DNA from: Candidatus Terrybacteria bacterium RIFCSPHIGHO2_01_FULL_48_17
GTDB taxonomy: Bacteria > Patescibacteriota > Minisyncoccia > Terrybacterales > 2-01-FULL-58-14
Direction of reading: 5' to 3'
Assembly: GCA_001822835.1 (NCBI GenBank)
Contig: MHSS01000005.1
Location: 1,719 to 65,718, forward strand
Length of the DNA: 64,000 nucleotides
Under the pieces are notes generated by a model, which did not search any database, was not told the origin of the DNA, and worked only from the letters and a program-made list of their open reading frames with translations. This document shows positions 19,240 to 28,077 of the stretch, in pieces (positions within the stretch are counted from its first letter, which is position 1; every line of letters begins with the position of its first letter). The position numbers were made by a program, and so were the translations under genes.

Positions 19240-20760
19240 TCACCGACCGGCAAACGTATAAATAATGTTTCGGGAATCCGCGACATTGCCGATGACAAGA
19301 TGAAATGTAATATCAATCGACTGGGCTACAGAAATCGTCTCGAAGATCCCCGGGCGCAAATAGTTCGTCACACCCGCGATACGATAGGTATTAACAGAGG
19401 TTCCACGGTTGTGTTGCGGAAAATACATGGCAAGCCCAAAATCCTGTGCGTTCACCCATGCACCCCACAATTCATTCAGGTTATGCAGTTCCGCAATATA
19501 GGGAAAATCGGCAAACGACGGCTCGGACAATAACGCATGTGTCCAGGGCGCATTTCCTTGATAACTCACAAAGCGATTCAGCCATGGTGCAGCAAACAAT
19601 GCCGGAAGCTCGTTGTTTCCCTGACGCGTGCTGCCGGAAGTTGAGGCACGGTACCGAACTATTACATGTTCCGGGACTGCAGGATCAAGCGTATACCACG
19701 CTTCAAGCATCGCTTCGCTTTCAACTGCTGTATTTACTCCCCCACCTTTATCATCCGGGTTCCATTGCAGCATAGCGGTTTTCACATACATTGTTCTGCC
19801 ATCGTTGGTATAAGAAATTACGCGGCTGCCGTGGTTGTGTTTATCGCCTCCTTGTACCGGGTTCCAACCCCAAGTTGGTGCATCGTGGCTAGGATATGTT
19901 GCATTTTGGTCATACAACGATGCCTGAATAAGCCGGCCGGTATCGTGTTCATCCACAAGGTTAAAACCGGCATGGCTGAACTCTACGAGTGCGCCGCCCC
20001 AACTTAAATTCGCGCCAAGGCGCAAGACGCTATTTTCAAGATAAGCGACGCCGGAAAAACCCGAAGGCACGGTCATGGTTTTGGGAGATGCGTGCAGTTC
20101 GGGATTCCCGCCGCCGCCAGAATTGATTGTCCATACAGAAATCGTATGTTCTCCCGGCGCAAGCACGGGAGGGTTCCAGGTAAAACCATGGTAAGGATCG
20201 CTTGCAACGCCTGCCGCCACAAGATCATCGCGCCGGTCATTGGCAGACACGGTACCGCGGTGAACGCCATCAATATAAATATGCACCTCTACGGGAGAAG
20301 AACCGGCATCGGCGTCATAAGCCCAGCCAGAAATAAGGGCTGGCGTTGCATTATCCAACACCCCGCGGGGCAAAGCGCTTGTCATAACCAACGTCCTTGG
20401 CGTTGGCAACAAGGGATTCGTACCTCCTCCAATATTTATGGCATAGGCCGCTATCGTGTGCGTTCCTGATGCCAACCCTTCTGGTACCCAACCAAATCCA
20501 TGATAGGGATCGGGAGTTATGCCCGCGGCAACGAGATCGCCACGGTGCTGGTTTGCGGTCAGGGAAACGGTTGGTGTACCGTCAACATAAATATGGACGG
20601 TAACAGGAGTGGTCGGAGCGTCGGCATCCCATGCCCAGCCAAAAATAGCGTCGGGTGCTGCATGGTCAAGACGGCCGCGCGGATCTGCAGCATGTGCGAA
20701 ATTTGTACCCAAAACAAAAAGCGCACCAAGCGCTACAAGAAATACAAAAAATCTTCCCAT
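19240..20760 (-). CDS. secreted protein with signal peptide, two tandem ~100-aa N-terminal repeat domains and an uncharacterised C-terminal domain
   Basis: Signal peptide MGRFFVFLVALGALFVLGTNFAHA. The repeats are GWAWDADAPTTPVTVHIYVDG...DLVAAGITPDPYHGFGW and GWAYDADAGSSPVEVHIYIDG...DLVAAGVASDPYHGFTW. Confidence 0.55.
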   Translation of the reverse strand: MGRFFVFLVALGALFVLGTNFAHAADPRGRLDHAAPDAIFGWAWDADAPTTPVTVHIYVDGTPTVSLTANQHRGDLVAAGITPDPYHGFGWVPEGLASGTHTIAAYAINIGGGTNPLLPTPRTLVMTSALPRGVLDNATPALISGWAYDADAGSSPVEVHIYIDGVHRGTVSANDRRDDLVAAGVASDPYHGFTWNPPVLAPGEHTISVWTINSGGGGNPELHASPKTMTVPSGFSGVAYLENSVLRLGANLSWGGALVEFSHAGFNLVDEHDTGRLIQASLYDQNATYPSHDAPTWGWNPVQGGDKHNHGSRVISYTNDGRTMYVKTAMLQWNPDDKGGGVNTAVESEAMLEAWYTLDPAVPEHVIVRYRASTSGSTRQGNNELPALFAAPWLNRFVSYQGNAPWTHALLSEPSFADFPYIAELHNLNELWGAWVNAQDFGLAMYFPQHNRGTSVNTYRIAGVTNYLRPGIFETISVAQSIDITFHLVIGNVADSRNIIYTFAGR

Positions 20761-20835
20761 AACCGCAGTATACCACGAGCAGCGTATTTAAAAAAAACAT
20801 AAAACGACAGCTCCCGACAGGGAGCTGTTTGGAGA

Positions 20836-21147
20836 TTAACTCTCGTTGTAATCCCACTTGAAATCTACGACGTCCTGACCAAAGGCCTCCACGGCTTCAG
20901 AGCGTACGTGCTTGACAAGAGCGGACTCGCGCACAAGCTCGTTTGGATATTGTGCGATCCAGTCGGGGTCATGAAAAAGGCGACTGTATTGCGTAGTGGC
21001 CCACTGCCGAACGTCTGAACGCATGTCGCAAAAATCATCACCGCAACTACACATCAAAGCACCTCCTGTGTTTTTATAACTTGGAACCAAAAAGTAGCAT
21101 ACCATATAAGTATGCCCTTTGTCAATACCAAAGCTCTTCCTGCGCAA
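20836..21147 (-). CDS. hypothetical small protein
   Basis: ORF only; Cys pair CSCGDDFC. The start is uncertain. Confidence 0.25.
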   Translation of the reverse strand: MRRKSFGIDKGHTYMVCYFLVPSYKNTGGALMCSCGDDFCDMRSDVRQWATTQYSRLFHDPDWIAQYPNELVRESALVKHVRSEAVEAFGQDVVDFKWDYNES

Positions 21148-21153
21148 ACCGTA

Positions 21154-21976
21154 TTAACGATGACGGACGTCCTCCATTTGAAATGCCGGGGAACAGATGC
21201 ACACCACCACAAGATCTTCAGGGGCTTCGTTAAAGAGGCCGTGTTCTGTCTCAGGATCAATCCGAATCCAATCGCCGGATTCTAGGGGGTGGCGGACACG
21301 ATCAATCTCGATAAAACCCTTCCCCTCAACCACGTACACAAATTCCGTGCTCTTTTTGTGCCGGTGCGGCTGCTTGCGTCGTGCCGGATCATTCATAACC
21401 CAACCATACGCGATACTTAAATCGGGACGCGAAAAGGCATACGAAAGTATTTTGGCGCCGTCAAAACAGTCCTCTGCTTCCGGCAAAGAAAGCGGATATG
21501 TTTTGCCTGGGGAGAGCTTTTGATCGCGCAAATAAACGTCGTTTGGGTTAAATGGCGGTAGAGCGAAAACCAGGTGCTCCAGATACCCACTGCTTTTGTT
21601 TCGCAACATGTGCGCAACACCCGCTGGAATCTCGTATGCGCTTCCGGCAGCTACATCATGGCACGCTCCATTGGGTTCGGGGGGTACCGAGACAAAGTTC
21701 TCCATAACCTTTTGTAATAACATAAATCTCCGTCGTCGTTTCGTGATCGTGGAGGAGCGAAGCAGCCAATGGGTTCATAACCACATGCGCCATTGACCAT
21801 TGTGGCTGCTTTTCCACTTCGCGCAACACCTGTTCACAAATATTCACCGCGGTAGGAAGATCTCTAATATTAATTTTGGTCATACGGAATCCGTACTGTA
21901 TTTTGAAGCGCCATTTGACAACATGATACCATGAAAAAATTTCTTTTGCCGGCATGCAAACATATTCGGATATCAT
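21154..21976 (-). pseudogene. bicupin protein split by a frameshift in the first cupin domain (two overlapping ORFs)
   Basis: The ORF at 21656-21976 carries cupin motif 1 (HVVMNPLAASLLHDHETTTEIYVITKGYGEL). Motif 2 (GSAYEIPAGVAHMLRN) is in the other frame, at the start of ORF 21154-21723. That ORF then holds a complete second cupin (HRHKKSTEFVYVVEG...GDWIRIDPETEH). The frames overlap at 21656-21723. Confidence 0.5.
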
Positions 21977-22144
21977 TGCCTAAAAGAAAAACGCTCAGGA
22001 TTTTTCCTGAACGGTACGGTACTCCCATTTGGGAACATAAAAATGGGGGGTCGTTCCAAAAGATGGCCCGATATACCCAGGTATCCTAAATTAAGCTACG
22101 CAACATTCTGTGAGAAATTAATCAGATCGGTGGTACTAATTTAT

Positions 22145-22169
22145 ATCCCGACGCACCTCGGACGCATCC
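22145..22169. repeat. interspersed 25-nt repeat atcccgacgcacctcggacgcatcc, copy 1
   Basis: Identical 25-mer at 24275-24299. A related core occurs at 24005-24029 and 27731-27758. Confidence 0.6.
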
Positions 22170-22215
22170 AAGAGAGAACAAATAAGACACTGCGCGAGAG
22201 TGTTACATCTCTCGT

Positions 22216-23190
22216 TTATTGAAGAAGACCCATCAAGCTGTAAATAATGGACGGCTGGTCAGAGAAGAGCCAGTAGTACACGCGGTAATTCTGGTCACCG
22301 AGCATGATGATAGCCGGATCAATTGCTTCCGATTCGGCAAGAACAATCTGGGGTTTTTCAAAATGAATACCGTCGTTCGACACAAAACTGTAGATACCTC
22401 CTCCTTCCATTGGGGAGGACGCGAGAAGGAGGTAGCGGCCGTCCGGCAGAGTTGTCACAGAAGGATCAACGTAACCGGTAAGCTTCGTATCTTCTTTGGT
22501 AAAGATTAAGCCATCGCTGGAAATCGCAGAAACGGTGCCGTGGCCTGAAACAACGGAATCGGAAACGTAATACAGACGAACCCTTCCGTCTAAAAGTCGA
22601 AGCGCCTCCGGTACGCTTGCCCAACCTCGATCGTCGGTCTGTTCGGAATCGATACGCGTTCCTTCTTTCGTAAATAGCAGGCCGTCTAATGAAATGGCCG
22701 AATAAATCTTATGAATTGCCTTGCCGGGGCCACCCATGCCGTCGGCACCCTTGTAGTACAGGCGTACCCGGCCGTCGGAGAGTGTGACAAGCGTCGGATC
22801 GCACACTACTGCTTCATTACCGCTCCCCGGACCTATTCTCGTTCCGCTTTCCTTCGTGAAATTCAGGCCGTCGGAGGAAATTGCAGAAAGGACGCCTCCT
22901 TGACCACAATAGTAAAGGCGTATGCGGCCATCCATAAGTTTATGCGCAAAGGGGATGCCGCCGGCAATCCTTTGTCCCGATTCTTTCGTCCAGGTGAAAT
23001 TCATTGCCTGCGGGCTTGAAGATACCCCTCGATCCTCTCCCCCGGGTTGCGATTGCGGCGCCATCGAAGTACCGCGGTCGGGAACAAATGCATTCTCAGA
23101 ATCCTTGGCGCGGAAAATAAAAAAACCGGTAACCAAAAGGCCGGCAATAAGAAAAACGCTCGCGATTAAAATAATCTTTTTTGGCACCAT
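22216..23190 (-). CDS. membrane-anchored beta-propeller protein with repeated S-x-D-G-x-x-F motifs (sialidase/GH-like fold)
   Basis: N-terminal TM helix. Four or more repeats (SSDGLNFTKE, SLDGLLFTKE, SSDGLIFTKE, SNDGIHFEKP) interleaved with DGR(V/I)RLYY strands. Confidence 0.55.
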   Translation of the reverse strand: MVPKKIILIASVFLIAGLLVTGFFIFRAKDSENAFVPDRGTSMAPQSQPGGEDRGVSSSPQAMNFTWTKESGQRIAGGIPFAHKLMDGRIRLYYCGQGGVLSAISSDGLNFTKESGTRIGPGSGNEAVVCDPTLVTLSDGRVRLYYKGADGMGGPGKAIHKIYSAISLDGLLFTKEGTRIDSEQTDDRGWASVPEALRLLDGRVRLYYVSDSVVSGHGTVSAISSDGLIFTKEDTKLTGYVDPSVTTLPDGRYLLLASSPMEGGGIYSFVSNDGIHFEKPQIVLAESEAIDPAIIMLGDQNYRVYYWLFSDQPSIIYSLMGLLQ

Positions 23191-23289
23191 TGCTATTTAT
23201 TGTACCATGACGTGTTTCCGTCGTATTCGAACCCTGTTTACAGTAATCTTTTGGTAACCTTACTGGCCGCTGTCTTTACCAATGCAAAT

Positions 23290-23916
23290 TTAATTGCACG
23301 TACAGATCTTATAAGGACCCCCGGCGGCCGTATTGTCCATTCCCGCATACGTCGTGTCGGTCGGGCAATCGCACGAATCGGGAACCGGCAATCCGGCTAC
23401 CCCAACTCCCCCGCTCACTGAACGGCAAGGGTAACCCCACTCGGCTGATGTCTTGTAGCAAGTGACGCTTCCGGAATTGAACTGCCCGCTATCGACGTCT
23501 ATTTTTGGCAGCTTGATATAGCCCTGCGAGGCCAAGAACATTATTGCAAGAATAATAAAAAGAATTATGAAAGGTACTGCTCGCGCCATATCGGTTTGCT
23601 TTGGTTTCGGAGCAGCCGGCCCTCCGTTGTCCTTTTTCGTATCGTCTTCAACTCCGCCATATACAATGTAGAGGAATCCTTTCCAAGCCCATTTTAATAC
23701 TAGATAGTACAAAAACACTGCTATCGCGAGGAAAATAAGATAGGTCGGCGGAAAATTGAGGAAGCTTTCTTCCACGAAGCTACAAACAACTACTTTCCTT
23801 TTCAGAAAGAACACGAGAAACAGAAGGAACAGTATAAGGAGCGGGAGCAACAGAAAAAATACTTTCGCTGCACGATAGTACCATTTCCGCTCAAGAGTTG
23901 ATTTCTTAACAGGCAT
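23290..23916 (-). CDS. hypothetical polytopic membrane protein with a C-terminal Cys-rich extracellular tail
   Basis: Three hydrophobic helices and a CDCPTD...CTCN tail. Confidence 0.35.
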   Translation of the reverse strand: MPVKKSTLERKWYYRAAKVFFLLLPLLILFLLFLVFFLKRKVVVCSFVEESFLNFPPTYLIFLAIAVFLYYLVLKWAWKGFLYIVYGGVEDDTKKDNGGPAAPKPKQTDMARAVPFIILFIILAIMFLASQGYIKLPKIDVDSGQFNSGSVTCYKTSAEWGYPCRSVSGGVGVAGLPVPDSCDCPTDTTYAGMDNTAAGGPYKICTCN

Positions 23917-24004
23917 ACGCTTTCACTCTACCATACTTCCGGATTTCCGGATAAGTCGTAAAAAAACCGCTCGAACAGCGCTTTTTCGCGAGGGGCTCCT
24001 GAGA

Positions 24005-24029
24005 ATCCGACGCACCTCGGACTCTGAAC
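24005..24029. repeat. left direct repeat of the tRNA-Trp-associated islet (cacctcggactctgaac core)
   Basis: A 17-nt identical core plus a shared ctatctcaa motif with 27735-27758, next to the tRNA-Trp 3' end. This copy carries a 33-nt palindromic insertion. Confidence 0.5.
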
Positions 24030-24070
24030 TCATCGAGCCTGAGGCCCTCAGAGCCGAATGGCCTATCTCA

Positions 24071-24185
24071 AATTGTAGCCCCTCGTCGCTGTGGATCCTC
24101 GAGACACGGAAATTTGCAATCGCGCTACCCAATGTAGCCCCTCGCTGCGGCTCGGGACACTCAAATTTTCATCCAATCGCTGCGC
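24071..24185. repeat. two tandem copies of a ~57-nt repeat (about 70% identical)
   Basis: aattgtagcccctcgtcgctgtggatcctcgagacacggaaatttgcaatcgcgc versus aatgtagcccctcgctgcggctcgggacactcaaattttcatccaatcgc. Confidence 0.5.
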
Positions 24186-24274
24186 TCTTGGGAAAATTTG
24201 GTGCAGGCCAGCTCGGTCTTGAACAATCCTTGGCAGTAACCCACAAGCGTTTTCGGGGTATTTTTATTCTAACC

Positions 24275-24299
24275 ATCCCGACGCACCTCGGACGCATCC
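24275..24299. repeat. interspersed 25-nt repeat atcccgacgcacctcggacgcatcc, copy 2
   Basis: Identical to 22145-22169. The flanks are also related (caaat[a/g]agac). Confidence 0.6.
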
Positions 24300-24418
24300 G
24301 AAGCGGGGCAAATGAGACCCGCCTACGCCTATCGGCTACGGACGGGCAGGCAAACGAGATAGTTTTTAGGGGTGTGTCTCACCGTGTCTTGTTTGCTTCA
24401 TTAATTTAACTTTTCTCT

Positions 24419-24673
24419 TTATTCCGCACCTTCACCTTCTGCTTTAGCGGAATCAATCCCGCCGATTTTTACCAAATCCTGATAGGTCATTTGCAGAAGC
24501 CGCTTCTTGGAATGTTTGGTTAAAATCTGGGACGCGATCTCAATCACATTTTTCCCGGCCTTGCCGGTCCGGAGAAGAATTGCCAAAAGCTCCGAGTCCT
24601 TAAGATTCTCGGCACCTTTGGCGACAAGCTTCTCCCGCGGCCGCTCAATTTTTGGAAGATCTTTTATTTTCAT
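24419..24673 (-). pseudogene. radC: RadC N-terminal (HhH) fragment lacking the JAB/MPN domain
   Basis: MKIKDLPKIERPREKLVAKGAENLKDSELLAILLRTGKAGKNVIEIA matches the RadC/UPF0758 N-terminal region. The ORF ends after 84 aa. The 500 bp downstream is non-coding repeat DNA. Confidence 0.6.
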
Positions 24674-24810
24674 TTTTGTTTTGAAACCAATTTAATAATG
24701 TCTTCTTTGCGATAGCGCCGATCGCCTCGATTGCCAAAACGAATCGCTTTCAAATATCCCTTATTATCCCAATTGCGGAGGGTGTTTGGGTGGCAACTAA
24801 GGATAGATTA

Positions 24811-25539
24811 TCACTTCTCTAAATAACTTAAAATTTTCTGTTCAAGAATTTTTCTGAAGTCGCGCAAATGCATGACGTGACTTGCGGGCAAAAACTCCCG
24901 CAGTTCACGGCGAAAATCAATCTTTGACTCCCGCAGCAGCTTAAGCGCTCGAGTCAAGTTTTCTTTTTCTTTCACAATCGGATAATTACCGGACAGTAAA
25001 AAGAAATAATCGTAAAAATCCCTTGGTTTTCGACGGTCAATAAGCGCTCGTATTTTCCCTCTCATAATTTCATCTTTCGGCAAATGGATTAAAGAATAAG
25101 CCGGAATGTAATCATTCTCAATAAAAGCGGTAATTCCTTTTGAGTTTCTGCCGTTTCTCAACGAAACTTGAATTTCAATGGGGACTTTTTTGCCGTAAGC
25201 GAAAAAATAAGCCCTGCCCAAATAACCGCCGGTGGTCGCCTTACCTTCTTCCAATTCAACGCGAATCCCCGTATTTTCCACACCAGCAAGAGTGTTGGTA
25301 AAGATTTCCTCCACTTCCCGTTGTCTTATATTAATCCCGGTAAAATCCAGATCTTCCGAATACCTGGGACTGCCAAAAACAATCCGTAGCGCTGTTCCAC
25401 CTTTAAAAAGTAGCCGTTCGGAACGCGGTTGTTGATAAAGATACGATAAAAACAAATGCTGGCAGTATTCCCGCGTCACATTTTCCGCGTTTGTCTGCGC
25501 TTGTTTAATAAATTTTGCGAGGTTTTCGGTATTCAGCAT
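24811..25539 (-). CDS. abiEii: AbiEii-type nucleotidyltransferase toxin (type IV TA, DUF1814)
   Basis: LFKGGTALRIVFGSPRYSEDLDF nucleotidyltransferase motif and ~240 aa length. It overlaps the upstream AbiEi gene by 35 nt. Confidence 0.8.
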   Translation of the reverse strand: MLNTENLAKFIKQAQTNAENVTREYCQHLFLSYLYQQPRSERLLFKGGTALRIVFGSPRYSEDLDFTGINIRQREVEEIFTNTLAGVENTGIRVELEEGKATTGGYLGRAYFFAYGKKVPIEIQVSLRNGRNSKGITAFIENDYIPAYSLIHLPKDEIMRGKIRALIDRRKPRDFYDYFFLLSGNYPIVKEKENLTRALKLLRESKIDFRRELREFLPASHVMHLRDFRKILEQKILSYLEK

Positions 25540-26131
25540 AAATATGTTTAACTAATTCAAGTATGCCGGGACGGTCAAATAGTTTGACAAACGCCTCAAG
25601 TTTGGATTTATCTATGTTTTTCAAATTCAGTCGGTCATTGAGCATCTTCTTTTTCAAATCAACAAAATACAGATGGTCCGCCAGTGCCTTTTCCGGCTCG
25701 GCAACGAACGCTTTCCAGCCGTCAATTTCCTTCAAGCCATAGCCGGTATAGGCCTTTTTCTTGATGCGCTGATACATAAAACTGCCGATTGGCGTGGTAT
25801 ATTCCCGGGTTTTTTTGGGGGTAATGGAAGTAATCGCATACACGGTTTCCGGAATAATGCCGTAATAGGAAAGGGCCGTTTCCAAAGAAACATATGACGG
25901 TTCATACATTTTATTGGCAATATAATAGTGAGAAGGACGGCTATCTTTTAGCAGGTATAATTTGTTGCGCAGTTTTAAAAATAAACCGCTTTTCACATTG
26001 TTTAAAATAAACATGGAGGCGGACTTTTCTGACACGTTAAAAACAAGCCGAAACTCTCGGGGCGTAAACACCATAAACCCAGCGTCTTTAAGACGCTCCT
26101 CCACTTCTATGCTTTGTAATTTTTTAGCCAT
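25505..26131 (-). CDS. abiEi: AbiEi-type antitoxin/transcriptional regulator
   Basis: ~200-aa protein directly upstream of and overlapping AbiEii. The N-terminal segment is winged-helix-like and the C-terminal domain is typical of AbiEi (COG5340-like). Confidence 0.7.
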   Translation of the reverse strand: MAKKLQSIEVEERLKDAGFMVFTPREFRLVFNVSEKSASMFILNNVKSGLFLKLRNKLYLLKDSRPSHYYIANKMYEPSYVSLETALSYYGIIPETVYAITSITPKKTREYTTPIGSFMYQRIKKKAYTGYGLKEIDGWKAFVAEPEKALADHLYFVDLKKKMLNDRLNLKNIDKSKLEAFVKLFDRPGILELVKHIYAEYRKPRKIY

Positions 26132-26230
26132 AATATAAGTAAAATGCCCGTTTCACTTTTTCTATCATATCATAGAAAAAATGAAATGGACAATTTCAGT
26201 ATACCGTAAGATGAGACCTTGGATCAAGTA

Positions 26231-26260
26231 TCAAAAACAGCCGCTTTTAAGGTGGCTGTT
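26231..26260. terminator. bidirectional terminator-like hairpin
   Basis: aaacagcc...ggctgttttt with T tracts on both strands. Confidence 0.35.
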
Positions 26261-26360
26261 TTTGTTGAAAAATTGAGGACGTCAAAAGTCCCGGGCGCGG
26301 CACGGTCCATAGAATCATTTACCCTGAGCGCAGCCGTAAATAACGTCCGGCGGTTTTCGT

Positions 26361-26579
26361 TTACGGGGTCTTCGTGAGTTTTGCCAGCTTATGCTTCCGC
26401 CACAAATTTCTTGCTATCCAGAAAACGAGAACGGCTCCTAGAGCCCCCCAGAGGAAAATTTGCCCCATTTGTTCGGCTCGCGCTGTTGCGAGGATTTGCT
26501 TGCACTCCTCCGTGAGCGGCCCGGAGCTAGCTTTACAATATGCAATGAAATCTTCTCGTGTGAGTTGTGCGCCCAACAT
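26361..26579 (-). CDS. hypothetical small membrane protein
   Basis: 72 aa with a C-terminal TM helix (IFLWGALGAVLVFWIA). Confidence 0.3.
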   Translation of the reverse strand: MLGAQLTREDFIAYCKASSGPLTEECKQILATARAEQMGQIFLWGALGAVLVFWIARNLWRKHKLAKLTKTP

Positions 26580-26683
26580 GTTTATATATTAGCATAATTC
26601 GACGCGATGACTCGAAGAAACACAAAACCGCCGAGTGTTCAGCGGTTTCCTGTCTTGAATACGGCGATCAATGGTATGCCTTT

Positions 26684-27010
26684 TTATCCGAATACCAATA
26701 CCTTGTCCGATTCCTCGACCATCTTCACGAGGTCTTTCATGGTAGTAACGGGGCAGACCTTACTCTCCGACTTTTCCCGGACATGTAAACAGGTTTCACA
26801 GGCGAAAAGCTGTCCCCCGAGACCCTTGAATTCTTCAACCTTCTTGGAGATGTCGAACTTCTCGGTGTCAGCGATGTCCTCAATCTCCACTCCTTCGCCG
26901 AAAAGAAATAACCCAACCGAATGATCGGCCTTCCATAAGGCAATGGCTAAGCGGAATGTATTCCAAACACGTTCCGGCGTGTTGGATTGCAGGATAATTC
27001 CGATTTTCAT
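26684..27010 (-). CDS. DsrE/DsrF-like family protein
   Basis: 108-aa alpha/beta protein whose pattern resembles DsrE/DsrF (MKIGIILQSN...GLFLFGEGVEI...LFACETC). Confidence 0.5.
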   Translation of the reverse strand: MKIGIILQSNTPERVWNTFRLAIALWKADHSVGLFLFGEGVEIEDIADTEKFDISKKVEEFKGLGGQLFACETCLHVREKSESKVCPVTTMKDLVKMVEESDKVLVFG

Positions 27011-27015
27011 GGGGG

Positions 27016-27693
27016 TTAACTCAATGCTTTTTTCTTCTCCTCAAATTCGCTCTTATCAATCTCGCCTTTCGCATAGCGCTCTTTGAGGATATCAAGCGCT
27101 GACTTACCGCCTCCCCCGCTTTTTGTTTGGCCGACAATCCATTTCACGAGCGCGACAATACCGGCGATAATCAACGCCCACCAGAGAAGCATAAAAATCC
27201 AGCCGAACCAGCCGTAGCCAAAGTTCATCATATTATTTATAGAATTAGACCCGGAGGGAGACGACCATCCTCCCGTCATCATGTTCATCATAGGCATCCA
27301 GCTGCCGCTTCCGGCAGGAAGCGCCGCCGACGTGTCGCAACCGGAAAGCCGTTTGCCCATCACAATATGAATTTGTTCTTCGCCTGCTTCGCCGTGCATC
27401 TGGATCATCATGGCATTCATGGCGGCGTGCGACTCTCCCATCATCTGCCCCATGAAGTATTCGCCGAGGACGCCATAAAGCTCATCGTCGAGATCGGCGC
27501 AATTGATTTCTTTGGATTGAAGCCGTTCCCATAACGCCCTTCCTTCCTGCTCTTCGCGGGCGGTATGCTCAACAACCTCATCCCAGTCCGCCGAAGAATT
27601 CGAAAATCCGCGCATCATCATTTGAGCGTTTGCGCCGAACGCCCAAGCGCCTATGGCAGAAACAAATAGAACAAATAAAAGATACCTCTTCAT
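27016..27693 (-). CDS. secreted Met-rich (putative Cu/metal-binding) protein with a TM segment and C-terminal SHOCT domain
   Basis: Signal peptide, multiple MxxM/MM clusters (MMGESHAAMNAMMIQMHG; WMPMMNMMTGGW), one TM helix, and a SHOCT-like tail (LDILKERYAKGEIDKSEFEEKKKAL). Confidence 0.5.
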   Translation of the reverse strand: MKRYLLFVLFVSAIGAWAFGANAQMMMRGFSNSSADWDEVVEHTAREEQEGRALWERLQSKEINCADLDDELYGVLGEYFMGQMMGESHAAMNAMMIQMHGEAGEEQIHIVMGKRLSGCDTSAALPAGSGSWMPMMNMMTGGWSSPSGSNSINNMMNFGYGWFGWIFMLLWWALIIAGIVALVKWIVGQTKSGGGGKSALDILKERYAKGEIDKSEFEEKKKALS

Positions 27694-27730
27694 GCTTTTA
27701 TACTAATATCAAACCCCTTATTCGAATATG

Positions 27731-27758
27731 GATACACCTCGGACTCTGAACCTATCTC
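27731..27758. repeat. right direct repeat of the islet, immediately 3' of tRNA-Trp
   Basis: atacacctcggactctgaacctatctcaa. It shares the 17-nt core and the ctatctcaa motif with 24005-24070. Confidence 0.5.
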
Positions 27759-27761
27759 AAG

Positions 27762-27835
27762 GTGGCAGGGGATGAGGGAATCGAACCCCCGACTGCGGTT
27801 TTGGAGACCGCCGGTTTACCACTAACCTAATCCCC
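27762..27835 (-). tRNA. tRNA-Trp(CCA): tRNA-Trp (anticodon CCA), CCA encoded
   Basis: Manual fold: acceptor AGGGGAT/ATCCCCT, D arm GGTT-AGTGGTA-AACC, anticodon stem GCGGT/ACCGC with loop CTCCAAA, T arm GGGGG-TTCGATT-CCCTC, discriminator G plus CCA. Confidence 0.85.
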
Positions 27836-28072
27836 TATTAAATTTTTTAATAATGCATGCGCCTTGCCACCACCTTTAAAATAGCGTTCCCGATTTACTG
27901 CCGCCTTCTTTGTATCAAAGCTTTCGCTGTATATCAAAATAAGTGGCCGTCTGTGTTGTGTCGAGGCAACCATTCCCGCGTTATGTTCTGCGATACGACG
28001 TTCAGGGTTTTTTGTAGAACCCACATATAATCGGCCATCTTTTTTGCTCCTCAAAACGTAAACAATGTGCAT
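27826..28072 (-). CDS. GIY-YIG family nuclease (YhbQ/UPF0213-like), its last codons overlapping the tRNA-Trp 5' end
   Basis: MHIVYVLRSKKDGRLYVGSTKNPERRIAEHNAG matches the GIY...YVG...ERR..EHN signature. About 81 aa. The stop TAG lies inside the tRNA acceptor stem. Confidence 0.75.
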
Positions 28073-28077
28073 AATGT

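Noticed and set aside
24071-24300. Possible CRISPR array
   Set aside because: Only two tandem units plus dispersed copies. There is no regular repeat-spacer periodicity and no cas genes.
24188-24409. 73-aa plus-strand ORF in the repeat spacer
   Set aside because: Lies across interspersed repeats and has no coding signature.
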